Source: an uncultured Candidatus Saccharibacteria bacterium (GTDB lineage: Bacteria; Patescibacteriota; Minisyncoccia; Phycocordibacterales; JAACPR01). From it: a stretch of 38,737 bases of DNA. This document shows, one piece after another, positions 33,593 through 38,737 of this stretch. The stretch is taken from positions 1 to 38,737 of the forward strand of contig CAZVRT010000002.1 in NCBI GenBank assembly GCA_964630375.1, given 5' to 3'. The position numbers and the translations under genes are program-made. The notes under the pieces were generated by a model that saw nothing but the letters and a program-made list of their open reading frames with translations, was not told where the DNA came from and searched no databases. Position 1 is the first letter of the stretch. The number at the start of each line of letters is the position of its first letter.

Positions 33593-36019
33593 TTAGTAAT
33601 CGAACGTTCCTCGGCCATCGAGCTCAACTGCTTCCGTCTTGCAACCGACGAGCAGGTTGAGGAACTTGTTGGTCGTCTTGTACTTATACCCCGTACCGGA
33701 CGTAATCCCCCACGGCTTGAGCATTGTCTCACCGAAGGTCTGTTGGAAGTTTCTGAGTGACGCATCGAGCGACGTATCAAACGTAACATTGATAGGTCCC
33801 TCATAAAAACCGAGTTCCGTGAGAAGCGTTTTGGTCTTTGCCACCTCGGCGGATACGGAGTTCTCGGTCAGGCTGTTATATTCGGTAAACGCCGGGCACG
33901 TGAGGTTTTGATTGCAATAGAAAGAGTTGATCTTCATGAGAGTAGTCCGGTACACGTATCCAGTCGGTTCCGAAAGTCCCCAGACGCCAAGGACTTCGCT
34001 TGCGTATTTTTGCTGAAAGCGCTTTACGGCCTCCATATCTTCCATTGAATACACGCCATCTATCGGGAGCGATTCTCCCTGCTTTTCGTTGAGAAAACGC
34101 TCCAACTTCGCGACTTCTTCCGCATCATTATCGGCTCCATATTTGATATAGGATCCTATGTATGGAGCACAGACGCTGGTTGCGCTCGGTTCGGATCCGT
34201 ATTCACACAATTTCTGATCATGTATTGAAAATTGATTGTAGTTTGACGCACTTGGATCCTTGCAACCGAAGCGAGTTCCTCCTGTGGTCCTTTGCGATAC
34301 GCTTTCTTGAGCCACGGGAACGGCGGGCCCGACTGGGTCCACGATAACGCCATTTACCACGCCATCGGCATCGAGCGGTCCGCCATCAACAAGCTCATAG
34401 ATGAGCGTGGTAACCGGTGTGCCACCGATCGTTTCGATAACAAATACGGCGTCTTGTATGGTTGTATATGCGCCGTTTATATACTTACGCGCCACCCACT
34501 CGCTCGTATCGTAGTCCTGATCATAATAAATAGTGACCGTCGTTGAAGCACCCGACACACACGCCGCATTAAAATGCAACAATCCGACCGGATACGTAAA
34601 GCCACTATCAGCCGGAGCACCACTTATCGAAACACCTGAGAGAGCGCTACAGTCAGCGTCATCTATGGCTAGAGTAAGGTACGCCGTCGAACTAACCTCG
34701 GTATTCTTTAAGGAAGTAACGGTTGCTTGCTCGGAGTCAGGTATGCCGTCGCCGTTTCCATCGCCTCCGTTTGGTGCACCGTTTTCCTCAGCGGCAGAGA
34801 CACCGTCGCCGTCATCAGGGATAGCAGAACCCAAAAGACCGGCAGAGCCGTCCGGAATGCCGCTCTTCTGAGACGTGACTGTTATAGTGGCCGACCCACC
34901 GGCAGGAAGGCCGGTGACAGTTACGACCCCATTCTCATCTATAACCGCTTGTCCCGCGCTGACATCGACAGTCCAAGTAAAACTTGGGTCATGATTGGTG
35001 ATAGACACAACAAATCCATCAGTAGTTGATGTTACTGCGCTAAATACTGGCGTAAGCGGATTACCCGGACCAGGACCTGGGTCTGCCGAAGAAGTGATGA
35101 AAAATTCGGTACCATCAAAATGACCTATGAGATAGTAATTGTCGGTATGGTTATGTGACAGATAGTGCATGTTGCCGAATGGCTTCGCGTATTCACCGGC
35201 ATACACCACCTCTGAAGGTACTCCAGAGGCAAGCTGCCATACCTTAGTGTCCGGATTATAGTCACGCCATTGAATACGGTACAAGAACGTACCATCAGTA
35301 CCGATACCATGTTCATCAGTAGCCCAATTTGAAGAATCATTCATGAGAATGTCCTCAGACCACGTGAGCGTGGCGTTCTTTCCTGTTCCAGCAATAGTAT
35401 AAAGACGAAGTGTTGATTGATAGATACCCCCACCCATGTCCACATATCCTGAAACCTTGCCGATACGTCCATCAGGGAAATTTATTAGATTGCTGTAAGT
35501 AAAGTAACTCCCAGCAGGCAACGGCTTGTCATTCGGCACTTCTATTTCTGTAACCGAATAGTCAGAAACATCAATACAGTAAAGCTCAATCTCTCCTACC
35601 GTATTACTGGAGTTGGTAATAAAGATACACCCCCGGCTATACGCGATACTCAAGGGAGCCACGTTTCCCGGCAACGATGGCGCACCATCGCTACCCCAAC
35701 CTACCGTATGCATGGTTCCAGCAATATTTTGCTGGCTCTGCCCCGGAGTTGGATCTATGGAAGAAAGTGGTACAGAGACAATATTTCCACTTGTATTCAT
35801 TACATACACAGTTGTATCGTCGGTTGTTAAACCACGCATTACAGAACCAAGATTACTGACGCTTACTCGTATACCTGTTGTACTATAAGGATTGGCAACC
35901 TCATCAAGGAGAAGTGCCGCAGGAGGAGAATCCGCAAAGACGGGAGAAGCAATCGTCAATCCAAGCATCAAAACAAGCGAAGATAAAAGTGTTAGCGAAA
36001 AAGGTAAACGTATATTCAT
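33593..36019 (-). CDS. Large secreted surface protein: signal peptide, Ig-like and Asp/Gly calcium-binding-like segments, choice-of-anchor-U-like module, two C-terminal PG_binding_1 domains
   Basis: 808 aa and GC-rich. The signal peptide is MNIRLPFSLTLLSSLVLMLGLTIASPVFA. DGDG...GGDGNGDGIPD is a thrombospondin-type-3-like segment. LVDGGPLDADGVVNGVIVDPVGPA matches the choice-of-anchor U motif from memory. Two repeats of the peptidoglycan-binding pattern (V..L..FL...G....DG.....T..A...FQ) are present. Confidence 0.85.
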   Translation of the reverse strand: MNIRLPFSLTLLSSLVLMLGLTIASPVFADSPPAALLLDEVANPYSTTGIRVSVSNLGSVMRGLTTDDTTVYVMNTSGNIVSVPLSSIDPTPGQSQQNIAGTMHTVGWGSDGAPSLPGNVAPLSIAYSRGCIFITNSSNTVGEIELYCIDVSDYSVTEIEVPNDKPLPAGSYFTYSNLINFPDGRIGKVSGYVDMGGGIYQSTLRLYTIAGTGKNATLTWSEDILMNDSSNWATDEHGIGTDGTFLYRIQWRDYNPDTKVWQLASGVPSEVVYAGEYAKPFGNMHYLSHNHTDNYYLIGHFDGTEFFITSSADPGPGPGNPLTPVFSAVTSTTDGFVVSITNHDPSFTWTVDVSAGQAVIDENGVVTVTGLPAGGSATITVTSQKSGIPDGSAGLLGSAIPDDGDGVSAAEENGAPNGGDGNGDGIPDSEQATVTSLKNTEVSSTAYLTLAIDDADCSALSGVSISGAPADSGFTYPVGLLHFNAACVSGASTTVTIYYDQDYDTSEWVARKYINGAYTTIQDAVFVIETIGGTPVTTLIYELVDGGPLDADGVVNGVIVDPVGPAVPVAQESVSQRTTGGTRFGCKDPSASNYNQFSIHDQKLCEYGSEPSATSVCAPYIGSYIKYGADNDAEEVAKLERFLNEKQGESLPIDGVYSMEDMEAVKRFQQKYASEVLGVWGLSEPTGYVYRTTLMKINSFYCNQNLTCPAFTEYNSLTENSVSAEVAKTKTLLTELGFYEGPINVTFDTSLDASLRNFQQTFGETMLKPWGITSGTGYKYKTTNKFLNLLVGCKTEAVELDGRGTFDY

Positions 36020-36160
36020 ACCAGGAAATTATACCAGGAGTCAGTTATCAATTTCAATGTGTATCATATGATAACTTTCAGTATGTTATATAAATAAAAT
36101 GAGCAAGACCTAGACTAACGTCCAAACGGCACGTTTTGTGAACAATAACTTATTATGAGT

Positions 36161-36185
36161 TGGCTGCCGCACCAGGATTCGAACC
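36161..36185 (-). other. tRNA 3'-end-like fragment (T-loop to CCA), not an intact tRNA
   Basis: The minus strand reads GGTTCGAATCCTGGTGCGGCAGCCA, which is a T-loop consensus, a 3' T-stem, a 7-nt acceptor strand, a discriminator G and CCA. The upstream sequence cannot form the T-stem 5' strand or a matching acceptor 5' strand. Confidence 0.5.
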
Positions 36186-36201
36186 GTCTCGGTCTAGAAC
36201 C
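36184..36201. repeat. 18-nt direct repeat copy 2 (CCGTCTCGGTCTAGAACC)
   Basis: See 33473..33490. This copy abuts and slightly overlaps the tRNA-like fragment. Confidence 0.4.
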
Positions 36202-36235
36202 AAAATATGGTTTAGGATATTAGTTTTACAATTCT

Positions 36236-38737
36236 TTACCACCACAACCCACTCAACCCTGCAGCTTTCATCTGCGTCCTTGTCTTCACTCCGAAATATC
36301 CTGCAGATGGAGTAATACCAAACTTCGCTTGATATGCAGCGAGTGCATCTCGCGTCTGCGTAGCGAAGAATCCGGTAGCCCCTGCTGGAATTGCATATCC
36401 TTGTGCGATGAGGAAATTCTGAAGCTGTCGCACATCATTGCCTGACATACCCATGTCGAGATCTCGAACAGCCTGAGAAACTGCTGGTGTTTCCGTGGAA
36501 ACAACTGAAGGAGCCAATATCGGAGTAGTTGCATCCATATTCGCAATGAACGTACGGGTCATGGGGCCGAAGTATCCAGCCGCAGGAACAATGCCATTTG
36601 CTGACTGAAATCGCGCAAGAGCCGCCTTTGTTGCGTTACCAAACATATCAGTTTCGTTTCCAAGAGAACCGGGTCCAACCTGCGCAACGGTAAACCCGCG
36701 AGAATTGAGGAACCTCTGCAGGTCCTTCACGTCAGAACCAGTCATGCCAACATCGAGGTTGCGAGTGAATGAGGTTGGCGATGTTTGGATAGCGGGAGCT
36801 GTTTGCTGAGCTATTGACTGAGTCGAGTTCTGTGTCGAAGATCGGCGAGAACCTCCACTTCTCCCACTTGATGAAGAATTATTACCCTCCTCTTCTTCGT
36901 CCACTTCCTCTTCAGGCTCTTCTTCATTTTCCCACTCGGTACCCCAGAGAAGATACGGTAGACCGCCATTGATCTCTTCATGAAATCCCCATACACCACC
37001 AAAATCCCACGAGTCCTCGCCATCGAGATACATGGGCGCGAGTTCACCACCATACCCGTTGTACTCGAACTCATCAAAGGTGCCGATGTCGTACCCAAAG
37101 TTACAAGGCGCAGTACTCATGAGCAAATCAAGCGGACCATTAAGACCACAGGTACTGCCCCCGTCTACAAATCCAACCGCATCTTTACCGATTTCTCGAA
37201 GCCATGCGCTGTTTCGAACCTCACCAGCGTAGATAGAGCCCATGAACCCACCCACTTCTCCATTTCCTTCCACCTCCGCAGCAATTGAGAATGAATTCGC
37301 AATAACTGCATCTTCGCTATTTACCTCACCAACGAATCCTCCTGCCGGAGTGGTGGACGCAAACACCGAACCGGTTGAGTACGAACGCATAACAAGACCT
37401 CCTCCAAGCTCACCTACAAATCCCGCCGCAGTGCTGTAGTATTGCCCACGTGTATATACGTTACCGGTGGAATAAGAATCACGTATCCAGGTTGATTCTG
37501 GCGTACCGTTCATTGCACCAACAAGTCCGCCGCCGCCACTCACGACACGCACATCTCCAGTTGCATATGACTGGTCGATACCTCCACCGTTCATATATCC
37601 GACAAGTCCACCGAAAGAAAAGACGTCATTACCCTCACTCAACACATCCGCATTTGAACTTGAACGATAGACACGCGAAGTATCCGACATAGCCCCTACC
37701 AATCCACCAACATTGCTACACGCCGAGGAAGTACACTCCACCGTAATTGACCCTGACGTGTGCACATTCTCGACATATGATTGCCCTTCCATTCTTCCAG
37801 TCAAAATACCGATATCACTCTCTGAATAGTCATAGTGGATGACAGTATCAATCAAGAGATTTTGCACTACCGCATCATCTTGAAGGCGACCAAACAACGA
37901 TCTGTCATTCCCTGTTATCGTATGATTGCGCCCGTCAAATACTCCTGAGAAGTTGCCAATATACCCTTCTTCCTCGCCAAGAGTAATATCTGCACCTAGT
38001 GCAAAGTAGATACCTTCCGCATAATCAGGAAAATCTTCTATACCTTCAAATCGATCAACGGTATCAACAATGAATGGATTATTCTCTGAGCCGTCACCCT
38101 CTGCGTACGCAAGCGCTGGATCTGGCTCAAGCCAGAAGTTATGGGTCTCTGCAAAGTCGAATGACGACGCACCCATGTCGTTGCCCGTCACCTCTTCGAT
38201 GGTGTACGCATCCGAAAGATACCCGTATTTTGAAACTGTTATGATGACACTAAAGTAGTCTGAGTAATAACATGCAGCGTTGCTAATAGCACCGGTGAAT
38301 TGCAACTGGCTAATGCTGTATGCGCCATTTGCATCAGTAGTGCTGTCTAGTGTTCGAGTTTCACCCTCACACGTGAGTGTGAAGGTTGCACCTTCAATAG
38401 GTTCATCATCATAGTCGAGCACCGTACCACTCCATCCTGGCGGAAGCTTCTCAATCACAAAATCTTGGGTTCGAAGTGTCGCGAAATACCAATCCGTCCA
38501 TTCAATCAAATTTGTTGCACCGGCCGCAGCATAATCAATGGTCACCAATGGCATTTCAGCCGAATTCATATAACCTTCTTTTACAGCTCGAACCTTCAAC
38601 ACCTCACCATCACCGGGACCTTCACAGCCAAGGTTGCCGTCATAGATACCAAGACGTTCGTATTCACCCGAGCTATTTGTCTGCGCAATATCCGGCCAAT
38701 AATCCAACTCATCCTTGCAAGAACATGGTATAGACAC
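36236..38737 (-). CDS. Large surface protein (N-terminus outside the window): carboxypeptidase-regulatory-like domain, GLUG-motif repeats, acidic/Ser linker, two C-terminal PG_binding_1 domains
   Basis: More than 833 aa, GC-rich, and open to the window edge. It has repeated GGLVG/GGFVG motifs (GGLVGAM, GGLVGYMNGG, GGGLVGAMNG, AGFVGELGGG, GGFVGEVN, GGFMGS) typical of the GLUG motif, a linker EEEPEEEVDEEEEGNNSSSSGRSGGS, and two peptidoglycan-binding repeats (GSDVKDLQRFLNSRGF..., GNDVRQLQNFLIAQGY...). Confidence 0.85.
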   Translation of the reverse strand: MSIPCSCKDELDYWPDIAQTNSSGEYERLGIYDGNLGCEGPGDGEVLKVRAVKEGYMNSAEMPLVTIDYAAAGATNLIEWTDWYFATLRTQDFVIEKLPPGWSGTVLDYDDEPIEGATFTLTCEGETRTLDSTTDANGAYSISQLQFTGAISNAACYYSDYFSVIITVSKYGYLSDAYTIEEVTGNDMGASSFDFAETHNFWLEPDPALAYAEGDGSENNPFIVDTVDRFEGIEDFPDYAEGIYFALGADITLGEEEGYIGNFSGVFDGRNHTITGNDRSLFGRLQDDAVVQNLLIDTVIHYDYSESDIGILTGRMEGQSYVENVHTSGSITVECTSSACSNVGGLVGAMSDTSRVYRSSSNADVLSEGNDVFSFGGLVGYMNGGGIDQSYATGDVRVVSGGGGLVGAMNGTPESTWIRDSYSTGNVYTRGQYYSTAAGFVGELGGGLVMRSYSTGSVFASTTPAGGFVGEVNSEDAVIANSFSIAAEVEGNGEVGGFMGSIYAGEVRNSAWLREIGKDAVGFVDGGSTCGLNGPLDLLMSTAPCNFGYDIGTFDEFEYNGYGGELAPMYLDGEDSWDFGGVWGFHEEINGGLPYLLWGTEWENEEEPEEEVDEEEEGNNSSSSGRSGGSRRSSTQNSTQSIAQQTAPAIQTSPTSFTRNLDVGMTGSDVKDLQRFLNSRGFTVAQVGPGSLGNETDMFGNATKAALARFQSANGIVPAAGYFGPMTRTFIANMDATTPILAPSVVSTETPAVSQAVRDLDMGMSGNDVRQLQNFLIAQGYAIPAGATGFFATQTRDALAAYQAKFGITPSAGYFGVKTRTQMKAAGLSGLWW

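Noticed and set aside
36161-36240. Intact minus-strand tRNA gene.
   Set aside because: Only the last 25 nt are tRNA-like. The predicted 5' T-stem strand (GACGG) does not pair with CCTGG, and no complementary acceptor 5' strand, D-arm or anticodon arm can be drawn.
33468-38737. A diversity-generating retroelement targeting the giant surface proteins, or a CRISPR array or other repeat system in the GC-rich block.
   Set aside because: The window contains no reverse transcriptase, no template/variable repeat pair that I could see, and no regularly spaced direct repeats. The C-termini are PG-binding domains rather than C-type-lectin-fold variable regions.

Overview
The window is mostly an AT-rich bacterial chromosome segment. 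Spot counts of single 60-nt lines give about 30-32% G+C. It is densely coded, mostly on the minus strand. Recognisable genes include eno, gpmI, zwf, an archaeal-type PGI/PMI, leuA, lexA, mscL, a cold-shock protein, a Pif1-like helicase, an ABC-F ATPase, an MFS transporter, a MIP channel, TspO and a membrane desaturase. There are also many small membrane or secreted hypotheticals. The gene content, the lack of Shine-Dalgarno motifs and the giant peptidoglycan-anchored surface proteins suggest a reduced-genome Patescibacteria/CPR-like organism; this is inference only. I found no rRNA, intact tRNA, CRISPR array, transposase, integrase or reverse transcriptase. Three patches differ sharply in composition, at roughly 48-57% G+C in spot counts. 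The first (about 1250-2080) is a self-contained one-gene cassette. The second (about 10340-10480) is a cluster of GC-rich hairpins with its own promoter and terminator. The third (33468 to the window end) carries two very large secreted proteins with C-terminal peptidoglycan-binding domains, a tRNA 3'-end-like fragment and an 18-nt direct repeat. The most interesting candidates are: (i) a Leu-rich 23-codon leader ORF plus terminator just upstream of an orphan leuA, which looks like a ribosome-mediated attenuator; (ii) an uncharacterised zinc-ribbon plus two-TM-protein cassette abutting the GC-rich block; (iii) the promoter-to-terminator GC-rich structured RNA or micro-ORF locus next to gpmI; (iv) a cyclase-family hydrolase wedged between zwf and pgi. 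All functional calls come from motif-level recognition by eye, because no searches could be run.
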